From NCBI RefSeq assembly GCF_964204645.1, contig NC_134032.1, positions 16,613,572-16,677,571 on the forward strand: a stretch of DNA of 64,000 nucleotides. The letters are read 5' to 3'. Shown here in pieces: positions 41,001 through 54,200 of the stretch; position 1 is the stretch's first letter, and each line of letters begins with the position of its first letter. Source of the DNA: Tubulanus polymorphus. Its lineage: Eukaryota; Animalia; Nemertea. The translations under genes were made by a program, and so were the position numbers. The notes below the pieces were generated by a model. It saw only the letters and a program-made list of their open reading frames with translations. It searched no databases and was not told where the DNA came from.

Positions 41001-41984
41001 TTGTCGCTGCTTCAATGATATCCAACTTCACCTCTTCAGGTTCTGAAAAATAAACACAATTAATAAGTAATAAAGTAAGATGGAGAGCTCCTGTGGCGAG
41101 TGAGTGAATGGAGTACTCCTGTGGCGAGTGAGTAAATGGAGTACTCCTGTGGCGAGTGAGTAAATGGAGTACTCCCGTGAGAGTGAGTGAACGGAGTACT
41201 CCTGTGGCGAGTGAGTGAATGGAGTACTCCCGTGAGAGTGAGTGAACGGAGTACTCCTGTGGCGAGTGAGTTTACCTGTTTTTCTACGTTTCGTTGTTTT
41301 CCGTTCGAGATACGCGACTAAATCTTTACGATTTCTCGTCGCCGTGGCGATATCTAACGCCGTCCAATCGCTGGCGTTCGTTAGATTGACGTCTGCTCCC
41401 GATTCGACGAGCGTCTGAACGGTGGTCACATGACCGTTTAAAGCGGCTAACATCAACGCGTTGAGTCCGGCGGACGGAGTGCGATAATTAACGTCCGAGC
41501 CGCGGTCCGAGAGGAACCGTACGATCGTATCGTGTCCGTATTGAGCGGCGGCCATTAACGGAGTGAATTCACACCACGTTCCGGAGCTGTTCATATCGAC
41601 CCCGTTCTCTACGAGGTATCTAACGGTTTGTAGATGCCCCCCGCGAGCCGCCACGGTCAACGCCGACGAATTCAATCGATTCCTCGCGTGAATATCGGCG
41701 TTATTCTGCAACAATAGAGAAACTACGTTAAAATGTCCGTATCGAGCGGCTTGCATGAGCGCCGTCCAACCGAACGTGTTCTGTACGTCTAACGCCGCTC
41801 CTTTCATCAGTAATAACCGTACAACTCGTTCCTGTCCGTTCGCCGCCGCCATTTGTAACGCGGTATTCTCATCGGAATCGCGAGAATCGACCGGTAAACC
41901 TCGGTCCAGGATTCCTTCGACTGTTGATTCATTACCGCGGGAACAAGCTTCCAGTAATTGTTGTAATAGTTGACGGTGATCCAT
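35085..41984 (-). CDS. ANKS6: Ankyrin repeat and SAM domain-containing protein 6, 16 coding exons, 829 aa
   Basis: Exons 41984-41276, 41042-40998, 40894-40690, 40521-40424, 40117-39982, 39909-39879, 39766-39620, 39454-39323, 39112-38948, 38849-38578, 37798-37639, 36841-36784, 36047-35980, 35661-35545, 35336-35249, 35143-35085. All GT-AG and phase-consistent, 2490 nt in total. N-terminal ankyrin array; ANKS6-type motifs [18 protein letters not shown] and LKPVIPPF; SAM domain [40 protein letters not shown]. Confidence 0.95.
36156..36485. mobile_element. Harbinger-like MITE (330 bp) in an ANKS6 intron, carrying an internal tRNA-like segment
   Basis: ~45-bp imperfect TIRs (aggcagacgcaggaaaactctgttag... 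and ...ctaacagggttttccttcgccagcct); CAG flank at 36153-55 and 36486-88; minus-strand TGGCTCAGCGGTAGAGCG...GAGTTCCAATC at ~36228-36295. Confidence 0.75.
36517..36733. repeat. 27-bp intronic minisatellite
   Basis: atggattatcacttgccccggctgggc x8. Confidence 0.95.
37822..38410. repeat. 77-bp intronic tandem repeat
   Basis: aattcaYgagttttaggaacaat at 37901, 37978 and onward; each unit contains ccagttccaca. Confidence 0.95.
41086..41271. repeat. 28-bp minisatellite filling the first ANKS6 coding intron
   Basis: gagtactcctgtggcgagtgagt at 41111, 41139 and onward. Confidence 0.93.
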
Positions 41985-42009
41985 TATTTCCCGGCCTTAA
42001 CCCATTACT

Positions 42010-42139
42010 GGGTAATCCTGTGGTAATCCTCTAATTGTGGTAATCCTCTAATTGCGGTAATCCTCTAATTGTGGTAATCCTCTAATTAATTGTGGTAATC
42101 ATCTAATTGTGGTAATCCTCTAATTGTGGTAATCATCTA
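42010..42139. repeat. 17-bp repeat in the probable ANKS6 5' UTR
   Basis: ttgtggtaatcctctaa x7 between the ATG (41984) and an acceptor-like site near 42184. Confidence 0.85.
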
Positions 42140-43797
42140 CACGTGTGGTTCATTCATATCACTTCCTATCAATATGATCACCCTGAAGATAAATAAATTC
42201 CTGTAAAATTTCAAACAAGGAACTTCTTCAAAACTTCAGACCAACATTTTACAAGTAAGAAACTTTTTTGCCAAGAAGTTCAAAAAGTTTTTTATCGATC
42301 TGCTCAAACTTTGTAACGATTAAAAAAATTGCCACCAACACAAAAATGATGAAGAAGTTAGGATAAATACGCACCATTATCTCTCTGAGCGTCTTACTGG
42401 ACAGATTAACAGTTAAATTACCCTGCCTTTTTTTCGGGCCAAAAAATGACATTTTCAAGATTTTTCCAAAATTGACCGGGAGGTGCTGCCATCTGGCCAG
42501 CTGTCATGGAGCGTCTCACAATTTTAAAATAATTTTAAATTAGCTCGCCGGCGTCATTAAAAATACATATTGTATCACCAGATTTATTATAACATCCATA
42601 ACAACCCCTCAGAAGAACAATTTATGACTGTCACGCTTGTCTATGCGGTACTTAAATAGCGTTTCAAATATCCGAACCATTGAGATGGTCCCTGAGATGG
42701 CGGTTGGGATGAAAAAGATGCGCGAGGATGGGCGGATGCAGTCGCAGCCGTTTCGTGATATAAATACCAATGATCACACTGTATGGTATTGCTATTGCAT
42801 GTAAAGTTCGGTTGTTCATGTTTGCTTTTATTTCATAAGCTTGTAAAAATGATGTTAAACGGGAGGCTGATCTTCACGTGCCGCAGTATACTTCCGAGAT
42901 ATTGTAGGTGGAAGCAGTGCGCGGTTAGTCTAATAATTTAATGTCCCAGCGGGCCGGGTACCTTAATATATCATATCATCTCACCAAAGAAGGCCATTCA
43001 TTCTCTAATATTGGTGTCTTGAATGATATAGATACTCAAAGTACCTTTAGATATTATAACTCAATATTTTAATGATTCCAAAATCCAAGTGGATATCTGT
43101 TCAAGCAAAAAAGCATTAATTAGAAACATATAGGAAATGAATTAAGTGGACAAATTTATCTGATTTCTAAGATTTAGAAATATTACCTATTCAAGATTGC
43201 CTTCACTGTAAATTGAGTTCAAATTGGATTCAATTCTGTTGCAATAATTTGTAAATCTTATTAACGCATGAGAATTTAAATGAGTTTGTTTCCATGCCAA
43301 CAAATGAATTATGTATTGAACGATTAATAGTGTTAGGTATCGTCTAATTTTGAATTTCAAATTTTCATTTATTCAATTTTTGATAGCGCTTTGTAGTTTC
43401 ATTGTAACCATCCTTTGCCTGATATTGGTCATGATTTGAATCTAAGATCATTTTTAACCAATCTCATTAATTGAGACCAAATTGAATGTTTCAAGGTCAT
43501 GAATTAAAAAGCTTTGAGTATAAAGAAATGTGGAAATATCCAATATTTAGAGACATTATAAGCTCTCAACTATTTTGTTATGAATTTTGATTTTCTGATA
43601 TCCTTACGTTTTCAAGATAACTGATTACTAGAAACCTGACCTCAAAATAAACGTTCTTAGCTATTTATAAATATCGTCGCCGCGGTGATGCGTCTGCACT
43701 AATGCATCGTGGGTAAAGTCTAGAGTCGTCTGCTCTAACGACGACGAATAATTTATTGATTTATATTATTGATTTTTGTTTTGTATGTTCCAAACAG

Positions 43798-43827
43798 GGA
43801 GTTGTACGCGCTGGCTGTGTACGGAAC

Positions 43828-43860
<33 letters not shown>

Positions 43861-43975
43861 ACATTGTTACCACGTTAACACATCACAGACCGTGTTCACT
43901 GCATCCTCCGCTGCTGGTCGTCATCGGTAACCTCCTCCTCCTCCTCCTGCTAAATTCATCTCACCCCGTTTCGAG
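43798..43975 (+). other. Probable non-coding 5' exon of synapsin
   Basis: GC-rich segment with (GCT)n and (CCT)n, ending in donor GAG|GTAGG at 43975; the coding exon has an acceptor at 47612 that needs an upstream exon. Confidence 0.45.
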
Positions 43976-45054
43976 GTAGGAATGTGATTCACGCGAAATC
44001 GGAATTAGATTAAAATTCTACTCGGATTTTAATGCTGCGAAAATCTCAATTCTACGTAAGTTCAAATTTAGGTGGATCGAATTTAGTTGAATTTTGTAAA
44101 AATTAAAGAGTAACATTTTCTCTGAATTATGAACTATGCTCCCGGTATACTGAGTTAGGAGTTATACAGAGTTAGTTCTGTTTTTGTTTAATTGAGCAGT
44201 TCTAGGGTTGTGAAGTCATTTGTTTTAATTAAACTCAAAAATTAGAATTAGTTCAACTTAAATTAGAAGCTTATTTTATAATCAACGACTCGCGAATAGC
44301 TTTATTAATAATTAAACTATTTGGTGCAGAAATTTTCTCGGAAGATTGAGGTATTTTTAGTATAGATGATAGTGACCGGTGCTGCTGCTGCTGCTGCTGC
44401 GTGCCAGGTTGTCGGGGGTGGGGTGAATTTATTAGCACTGATCAATAGTCACGCACGCGCTATGCCTTTGATTTGCTGGGCTAATAAGCGTGAGTGAAGA
44501 TATCGCTACGGTAACTGGGCACAACAATAGCGGTTGTTGAATTCGAATGAATCATTGCGTCTCGCACACCTTTACTCATCTCACGATCAATTGATTTTTT
44601 CGAGCTTCCGCATCTTTTAAATAATGTAACACCTCATCGTTCACACGATTCACTGAATCGTGATTCGTAACGCGTTGATTCGTGAATCGGTCCCCCGGCG
44701 ACGATGGTATTCTCGCAAACAAATCAACAAACAAATCGGTTAAATTCAAACACGCTTGAATCTAGCACCAAGAAAACCTTTCACATCAGAACTCTTCGGG
44801 TGCAAAACAATTTTGGATCTTGTTTTAAAAGCTTTAGAGAAAGCATTGATGACTCCATCACAGTACTACTGGTACTCGGGGAATCGGTTCTACATTGTGT
44901 GTTACATCTCTGACTATTTGACTCTCTAAAGTCCACAGTTCCACTCAGTTTTGAACTCAGACTTGGTTAAGTTGTGGTAGTTATCATCATTTTGATGACT
45001 TATCCAAATGTTAACTTAATATGATTACAAATGGATTTTCTGGGAAGATTCCTC

Positions 45055-45450
45055 TAATGCTAGTGCTGCTGCTGGTGCTGGTGCTTCCAGTGCTGCTGCT
45101 GGTACTGCTTGTGCTGCTGCTGCTGCTGCTGCAAGTGTTGCTGCTGCTGCTGCTGCTGGTGCTGGAGCTGGTGCTGCTGCAAGTGTTGCTGCTGCTGGTG
45201 CTACCAGTGCTGGTGCTACCAGTGCTGGTGCTGCTGCTGCTGCTGCCGCCGCTCCTGCTGGTGCTAGTGTTGCTGGTGCTACCAGTGCTGGTGCTGCTGC
45301 TGGTGGTGGTGGTGCTGCTGCTGGTGGTGGTGGTGCTGCTGCTGCTGCTGCTAGTGTTGCTGGTGCTGCCAGTGCTGGTGCTGCTGCTGGTGGTGGTGGT
45401 GCTGCTGCTGCTGCTGCTAGTGTTGCTGGTGCTACCAGTGCTGGTGGTGG
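45055..45450. repeat. Cryptic (TGC/TGG)n trinucleotide repeat
   Basis: Low-complexity tract giving poly-Leu/Val and poly-Ala/Pro pseudo-ORFs. Confidence 0.9.
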
Positions 45451-46451
45451 TATTGTATCATCCTCCAATAGTAGTACATTCAGTAATCTAGTCAGAGATT
45501 AAGAGGCTGCAGAAATTGATTGCATCTGGGAATTGAATACTCGTTGTTGCAGCAGTTCTCTTCGCTGGACATAAATAACTAACATTGCTGCATGCTGGCC
45601 ATTTTATAGTCACTAGTAAAATAAGACATTAAGGGTAACCTTCACAAAACCGACTGCACAGTTTCACATCCATGATTACAAACTTTAATTTCCAAAGTTA
45701 TCCCTAAGGATAAATCCTTAACCTCGGCCCGGTTAAAAGACTTGGTATGAAAATTATTCCTAGGATCTGAGTCGGCTTTCATGGAAGTTATCTAAAGGGA
45801 TATAGATGTTTTATCAATACTGCTACATTAGCGATGATGAACTATATTGAAAATGTGAATAAATTATTCACAAAATTTTGCAATGTTGCCTTGTGTTTGA
45901 ACTGCTGTATAAACATTGGTTCCTTAGTTATTGATATCAACTATATATAATACACCTGCTGTAGAAGAGTTGGAGTTTTCAAACATGTTTGTTTGCATTG
46001 AACCCTGTTAAAACGCTGCTTCAATTCAAACATGCCTGATTTAATCAACATAGAAAATCTTGCGAGAGGCTTTCAATTAAACATGAAATGTTACTTCAAG
46101 CTCTCAATGATTATTTTGTGTTCAGTTTTGTTTGTTGCGAACGGTAAAATTTATTTGAAAATCTCAGAGTCTTCGAAAAGAACGCTCTGAAAATTGAATA
46201 AGGTTAAAAGTGACAGTCTTCCTTCCTGCTTCACCTGAGACATTTCTAATTGTAAATGAACTACAAACACCAGACATTAGACATTTCACTTCAGCTCACT
46301 TTCACAAACTGATCATCCACACTTCACAATAGTGAATGATAGAAGGAGGTTCAAGTTGCAGGAAATCTCCAGTATCATAAAAATGAAGCGCTGAAAAGGT
46401 TTCCAAGGTGAAAAAATCCTGATGATGAAAGGAGTATTTAAGTGGGTGTTA

Positions 46452-46743
46452 AGAGGGAATCACTGAGGTTGACGTACATGGTTCGTTGTATGTTGTACCG
46501 GTTTCATTTCAACCTCACAGTTTTAGAGGGAATCACTGAGGTTGACGTACATGGTTCGTTGTATGTTGTACCGGTTTCATTTCAACCTCACAGTTTTAGA
46601 GGGAATCACTGAGGTTGACGTACATGGTTTGTTGTATGTTCTACCGGTTTCATTTCAACCTCACAGTTTTAGAGGGAATCACTGAGGTTGACGTACATGG
46701 TTTGTTGTATGTTCTACCGGTTTCATTTCAACCTCACAGTTTT
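46452..46743. repeat. 73-bp tandem repeat x4
   Basis: agagggaatcactgaggttgacg at 46452, 46525, 46598, 46671. Confidence 0.95.
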
Positions 46744-47790
46744 AGTTTTATATCATTCGCAACCGAAACAGAATTGATTATATTTCCATTGCTAATGTTC
46801 GTCGTCGTCGGCGACCAGGCCATTCGTTATTCCGTATCGCCGAGTTGTCATGGTGATACGTTTCATGGTCCATTTCCTCGCGGGACTTTCAGGAATGTAG
46901 TTTCGATGATGATCGCGTAGTGTTACGTATATTGAATCATCTGTAACAGTTCTGCCTCAGTGAATATTGATACTGCTGTTGTTGTGGGGGTCACGTTATG
47001 GGCGCTATGAAGTACCCTCAAACTCCGTTCAGAAAACTCCACAACCACCGTTTACAATATTTCCATAGTTTTTTTAATCGTGGTACGTAGTTACCATGGT
47101 AATTGGCTGTTTGATTTATTTCTAGGGCTGATGTACTCTACGGTCTATCGAGTCCCTGGATTCTGTTGGAACCGAGGATATATTTTACAAATTTATCAAT
47201 TTGATAATCGAATTCGAAAAACAAACTTTTTTTTCATGCTTTTTGAAAGCTTTGTCTTAAACAGGGTAGGGCCAGTTATCTGGAAATCAGAGTATTTTCT
47301 TTTCTTGAAAAAAGTAATAATCATGAAATTATGTAAAAAAGCTAAGAATTAGGGATAAGTCAGGGAAAAATGTTGAGATTGCGCGGTATAAAATCAAACA
47401 GTTTCTGTCAATGTGTTATGTATTTGACTGTGTGAGTATATCAGATTCTTAGCAGATCAAGTCAGGGAAAACAATGTACATGTCAGGGAATAATCAGGGA
47501 TAAAGCGAGTCAAATATTAGAAGACGCCCCGTTGAAGCTGAATGGTTCAAATGAAATTTTTTTAAAGAATATTAGCTTTTTAAAAAATGTCTCTTTTTGA
47601 ATTTCGTTGCAGGTTTCCAATTGATCGGTGTGTAATGATTCAACAACCGGACACCAGTCTCTAGCGCGGCAACCAGTCCAAGATTGATCTATCAGACGGA
47701 TATAACGTATTTATTAATTTCTGTGGCTCCACGTTTCAAACCGCCAAAATTTCGTTCTCAAATTTCCGCGACAGTTTTCAAACGAAGACC

Positions 47791-48245
47791 ATGAACTATT
47801 TACGTCGGCGATTCAGCTCGTCCGATCTCCAGGGCGACTTGAAAGACGAAGAGGAGACGTCGATTTTGAGTTTCGCGACGAGGAAAGGTCCGTCGCCGAG
47901 CGCTCCGAGTTCTCCGTCTAAAAGTAGCGCCGCCGGCATTACTAGGGGACTATTTTCTTCAGCGACGGCACAAATACGTAGTAGTACGCAACCTGCTTAT
48001 AATAAAGATAGATGTAAATCATTATTGGTTATAGACGATCCACACACAGATTGGTGAGTACCCCCCTCCCCCCTTACCCCCCCAAATAGCTCACAGATTG
48101 TTGAGTCCCCCCTCCCCCCTTACCCTCTCCCTGTAGTTCACTGATCGGTAAGTAATCCCGCAGCAGCGGCGGCGGCGGCGGCGGCGGCGGCTGCTGCTGC
48201 GGCGGCGGCTGCTGCTGCTGCTGCGGCTGCTGCTGCTGCTGCTGC

Positions 48246-48290
<45 letters not shown>

Positions 48291-51200
48291 GGCTGCGGCT
48301 GCTGCTGCTGCTGCGGCTGCGGCTGCTGCTGCTGACGTTATCAGTTATCATAGTTGTGATGATCTTTATGTTGACTACTTATTCAAATGAAAACTTACAC
48401 TTAGTAAATTGTAAGTAATTGAATCAGAAATTGACAAATTGGGACTAAACAATATAGTAACGACTTGTGTGATAATATATAATCACATCGTTAACCTTGA
48501 AAGAATATCTTCAGCAATATCACTTTGCTGCAGTCAGGTGGAAGGGGACAGCAATAGAAATATTTTTGAATACAATCATTAAAATCCTCGGAATCTCAAA
48601 ATGAAATGAGAATCTCGAGTCTTATTAACCCAGATCATCTTGAAACGGTTGATATAGTAAATCAAGCACTATTCATTTTTATATTCACATCTGTTATTGT
48701 TATTATTCAATCTCACACAACGTCTCAAACTTCATACCGTAAATATTCACTCTATTCACTTCTCGCTATTAATTAATGATTTTCTGATGCAGATGAAAAA
48801 AGTTCTACAAATACAATGAAAACACACACGAGATATAGAGATATTGTCAGTCGTCACATATGTTCGAATATTAATTGCCTGTGTATGAGAACCTGATATA
48901 GATATAACTCATTACTCAGTCACCAGATACAGATACTTCAGTCTCATCTGATACTACAGTCAATCTCGTAAATAAATAATATCAGTTGACATCGCTTTAT
49001 AAAACGTGCACTTGAAATTACGTGTGTCTTTTATTGCGTCATCAAGTACAACCATTTTCAGGGTTGGAAAAACCTGGCTCCAGTTTTATAGACCGGGTAT
49101 CAAAGTTATCCCTAAGGGTAAATCCTTAACCTAGGCCAGGTTTTATAGACCGGGTATCAAAGTTATCCCTAGGGGTAAATCCTTAACCTAGGCCAGGTTT
49201 TATAGACCGGGTATCAAAGTTACTCTTAGGGGTAAATCCTCAACCTGGCTCCAGTTTTATAGACCGGGTATCAAAGTTATCCCTAGGGGTAAATCCTTAA
49301 CCTGGCTCCAGTTTTATAGACCGGGTATCAAAGTTATCCCTAGGGGTAAATCCTTAACCTGGGCCAGGTTTTATAGACTGGGTATCAAAGTTACTCCTAG
49401 GGGTAAATCCTTAACCTAGGCCAGGTTTTATAGACTGGGTATCACAGTTACCCCTAGGAGTAAATCCTTAACCTGGGCCAGGTTTTAAAGATTGGGTATC
49501 AAAGTTATCCTTAGTGGTAAATCCTCAAACCAGGCCCGGTTTTGTAGACTGGGTATCAAAGTTATTCCTAGGCGTAAATCCTTAACCTGGGCCCTGTTTT
49601 ATAGACCAGGTATCAAAGTTATCCCTAGGGGTAAATCCTTAACCTAGGCCAGGTTTTATAGACTGGGTATCAAAGTTACTCCTAGGGGTAAATCCTTAAC
49701 CTGGGGGACATCTACCACAATGAGAAACTATGATCCAGTTCCGCAGCTGTGAGTTAGAAATTTGAAACTGCGGCGAACGTGGTTCAGGTGATGAATCTGC
49801 AGCCTGCAATCTCCATCATCCGGACTTGAAAATTACTCTTGTGTCACTGAAGCCGAGCGCGAGAGCAATGATCAAAAAACACTAAGCTCCGTTACAAATC
49901 CATTTGATCTGATACAAATTTGATTGAGTCGAGTCTAGAGACTGAATTCAAACTGTAATCATTAGTTACACGACTGAACCAAGTCAACCACCACTGAACA
50001 TAGCACTGAATTAGTGTAATACTGAACATAGCACTGAGTGTGCAGGGAACTGAAATATCCATATCAGTTTGAAACCTTTATAGATACATTTCAATGAAAG
50101 TAGAAATAGATTTTGTTTCAATAAGAGGGTTTTTTTAGAACCCTCTTGGCCAGTTCCACGTCACGGTGGATTTTCTCTCGTGAGATGAAATGACCTATCC
50201 TGTATATCCTGCAAACAAAACTAACTGGAACCAGTTGCTTACACATCAGTTAACTGGATAAAAATACCATAGTTGTAGTGAATTTATTTGGCCAAGTATG
50301 TCAAGTTGTCAATGAAAAAAGAACGACCACTTTTTGAGTTTGAATGGTTTATTTCCAATTGAATTTACTAAACGCAAGTCATCACAACTTCAGCAGCAAG
50401 TTTAACTGGGTGACGCTGAAATCATTAAGCTTGTCCAAAATTTGTGTTGTTTCTAGTTTTTGTCTCGAGTCTTTTCACCTTTTGATACTGAGTTTTCGTC
50501 GGCCTCAGGAGAACTGCGAAAACAACCGACTTATCTTAGGATAATCCCAGGGTCCACCAGTGAACTGCTGTCAGATCAGCTTTACTGAAACTAGATGCAA
50601 GGTTTCAGGATTCTATCCGAGTCCCTCAAGAGGAAATCCTTGATTCTCTGAGAAACCAGACATCAGTCGAAGCGTCACGTGATCAATGATCAATATTTTA
50701 TTACTCTTAACAATCGGTTCGGTTACGCGTCTCCGAAGCAGTTGCTATAGCAACGTAGATGCGTAGTGGATTGTGCACTTTGAAGTGTTTGCGATAGATA
50801 GAAAGTTTATTAGCCTTGATTTAATGAACGCTTGAATTATTGATTGAATTATGTTCCGTGTTCAGTTCATGATTTGTTTTGAATTTGTAGTAATTTCGAG
50901 AAAAAAAATTCAGGACAACTTAAAACCACGTTAATTCTATAGTCAGTGAGATATCACTATCTTACTGATACAGATATCACAATCTCACAATCACTATTCT
51001 AACTCTAGCTCACAATCACTATTTTAACTCTAGCTCAGGGAAGTATCGCTATCTTACAGATACAGATATGAGTAGTTGTGTATGTTAATGCTATTCATAC
51101 CTCATAAAACCAATGAATTGGTCCCGTCTGATGCCTTTTAGTCATTTGTAATAAACTCTGATTTTTATGTTTTATGTGTACAGTATGAAGCTAACTGCGG

Positions 51201-54200
51201 CAGGTAAGATAACGACTGGTTATTGCCGCGGCTCCGTCGTTTTATAGACCGTGTTGACTTTCATTGGCTAATAAATACCCGTATCATAATAACACCAAAC
51301 AATGTATTATTGTCGCTATAACGATATCGGGAATATTTCTAGCGTTGATTGTTTGAAAAATTATCGACAACATGACATTCTCCAAGATTCAGTTCCACAG
51401 TTCTGAGGTTCCACAGTTCACCACAGTTCTTTCTCCAGTTCCACAGTTCTGCAGTTCACCAGTTCCACAGTTCACCAGTTCCACAGTTCTTTCTCTAGTT
51501 CCACAGTTCACGAGTTCTTCCTGCAGTTCCACAATTCTGCAGTTTTTGGGTTTGATAGAGTTGAACCAGTTTCAATAAGTCGCTGCCTTATGAATAAATC
51601 TGAACCGAGGGCTTCAGCATTAGATTCAATCGTCATTTTGTGTTTAATTACCAAACCCTGGAGTCAACTGAAAAACTGGATCCACGATCCACTTGCATCC
51701 ACAGTACTCTGTTAGCAATTAGTTTTTAGAGTTAAATTAGTTAATTATAATGTTTCGACCGTGGGCCATTCAGTTTCACGAAAATCTCCTAAATCAGTTT
51801 AAGATGACTGGAATTAATGGAGAGATTAGCTCGGTTTAAGAGTTACACATTATTGTGACTTCAAATCAAAAAACTGGGAAACCGTGAAACCGGGTAACCT
51901 GGGAACCTGGAGATTGTTGTCCTTCAGGTAAATCTATCTCGTGATAAGTCTAATGAAAGTTGAATGAAGCTGACAATACTGTACGCTCTGTTATAATGTA
52001 AAGCCTCTCAGCGATCGGACCCTAGATGACGGATTACTACGTGACGTGTCACATTTCACGCTATTATTCAGTGCTGTCTGCATCGACAAACTGCTGCAGC
52101 AACAGTTTTAACAAACGAAACAGTTACTGATCAAATTTTGAATATGAAGTGACACAATAATAACGTGTATTTAGGATATGATGAAATATCTTTTGGTTTC
52201 CGCCAATGAAAAATCAGTTATTCAAAGAAAAAACTGATGATTCAAAATGTCTGATCCTAGTAAGACTTGGATTAGAATCCTAAATGGCACATTGAAGTGA
52301 TGGCTGATCAAAATCTAATTTGAACTGTAGCGCACTAGTTGGTATAAGAGAGACATAATCCAGTAGTTCTTACTACTTTGAAAGGGGGAAACTTGTTAGG
52401 ATTCAACTGGTTTCAAAATACCTAAGTCACCATGTAGTTTAACACAGTCAGTCGCACCCATAAAAGATTAAATATTTTGCCCATAAATAGCCAATCATGC
52501 ACGGTTAGTGTTTAAGGCGTATTTGAAGTGTTTTGTAAGATTGGTAGGGGACACTCTGAGGAAGCTGAAGAAGGCCATTGGATCATAGATATTCCTGTTA
52601 CTAACTACTTATCCATTGTGGCACATTGCTGTGCGCTGCCACGTAGTAAGAGGGAGAGAGAGAGAGAGGGAGAGAGAGAGTGTGATGTAGTGTCATTATT
52701 TGTATTCTAATCAGTAGGAGACAAAATATCCGAGTGGAAAATCTATCAGTTACTCATGGGTCTAATTTCCGAACTACTTGATGTATCGATTCACCCAGAG
52801 ATGCTCTCATAGCTACTGCTACAATAGCTGCTGCTGCTGCTGATGTAGCTGGTGCTGGTGCTGTGGCTGGTGCTGGTGCTGTGGCTGCTGCTGCTGCTGC
52901 TTGTGCTGGTTACGGTGCTGGTGCTAGCACTGCTGCTGGTGATGCTACTTGGTACCCAGGCACTCATGGAGAGCGTGACACCAGCTACTACTGACTAACA
53001 GTCATTTCAATCCCACTAGTAAAATATATCTAACTCCCGGCAAAAAACAGTATCAGTATTGAGAGGTTGTTGAAATGTTGATAGGTTCCTGGGTCCTCGG
53101 TTGTGATATCTGTTTTGGTTTTCTAAGAATCTAAAAGGATCATCGTTATTGTGCTCTGGGAGGTTTCTAGAAATTAAATTCCATAGAACATTCTGATCTT
53201 CCAATTAGAATTCTATAAAGATTCCAAAAGGCCTGGTTTTTTGGTGTCAGATATATAATGGAATATTTCATGTACAGCTGCCCTCTAGGTGTACCCCCAC
53301 TGCACCAAGAATTCCCTCTAGGTGTACCCCCACTGCACCAAGTATTCCCTCTAGGGGTACCCCCACTGTGACAAGTACATTACACTAGTAAGGTACTTTA
53401 AAGTCTGGTATATGTCTCTAAATCTTATCATTTCCTTTTTTCAGGTCAAAATATTTCAGAGGTCGAAAAATATTTGGTGATTGGGACATAAGAGTGGAAC
53501 AGGTAGGTTAGTAACCACGGAAACACATGCTATAACCATGGCGATGATTTGAAAATATGTAATAGCGGTAACGATTGTTGTAGAAATGAGATACGAACGT
53601 GAAACTTTATTTTTGTATCGAGGCAAAGGAGTCGTGTTCATGGAATATATGAATGTTTTAGTAGAGATGAGGTGGGGTTAGTCTATTACAATAAATCTGT
53701 CGACAAAACATTGAGAATATTATCCCTTGGGAAATGTATTTGTTATTAGATGATGAAAAATTGCCTTCTGTTTTATGATGTTTTCATATTAATTTTACCC
53801 TGCGGATATCATTTCAAATACTCCTTAAAAATGATTATCTAAAATCAATGATTTTTGGTTTACCTTTGTCAGCGATATGAAGTTGGCATTGAGCCAATTC
53901 ATGTAAAATCGCGGTACGTTTTTTTATGTGAGCATTTGTTTCATTGGTTCTCGGTTTAAACGACGTATAATCGATGCGATTGAAGACATGGCGAACCTCC
54001 GTCGATGACATGGTCAACTTTGTTAAAATTCTACGAAAAACTGTTTTTGGCGGGAAAATTCTTAGCTCTCGCGTATAAAATTGCAATGACCTCGATTGGG
54101 GGGCGTTGTCTCTACGAGCGAATGTGATTGGCTGTTTTTGGGATATACGGGGATTCCGGCGCTACTAAAATAATTATGGGAAAGCCGGAATGGCGAACGT

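Noticed and set aside
41028-41275. C-terminal part of the 318-aa ORF as ANKS6 coding sequence
   Set aside because: It is read-through into a minisatellite-filled intron past the donor at 41276.
46452-46743. let-7-like miRNA cluster (TGAGGTTGA hairpins)
   Set aside because: The seed differs from let-7, only a 9-bp stem forms, and the units are a plain tandem repeat.
47800-47820. Drosophila-like A-to-I recoding of the RRFS PKA site
   Set aside because: The Arg codons here are CGT CGG CGA, so editing could not change Arg to Gly.
53016-53204. Minus ORF as a further exon of the nested gene
   Set aside because: The nearest good acceptor (53213) hits a stop immediately in the required phase.
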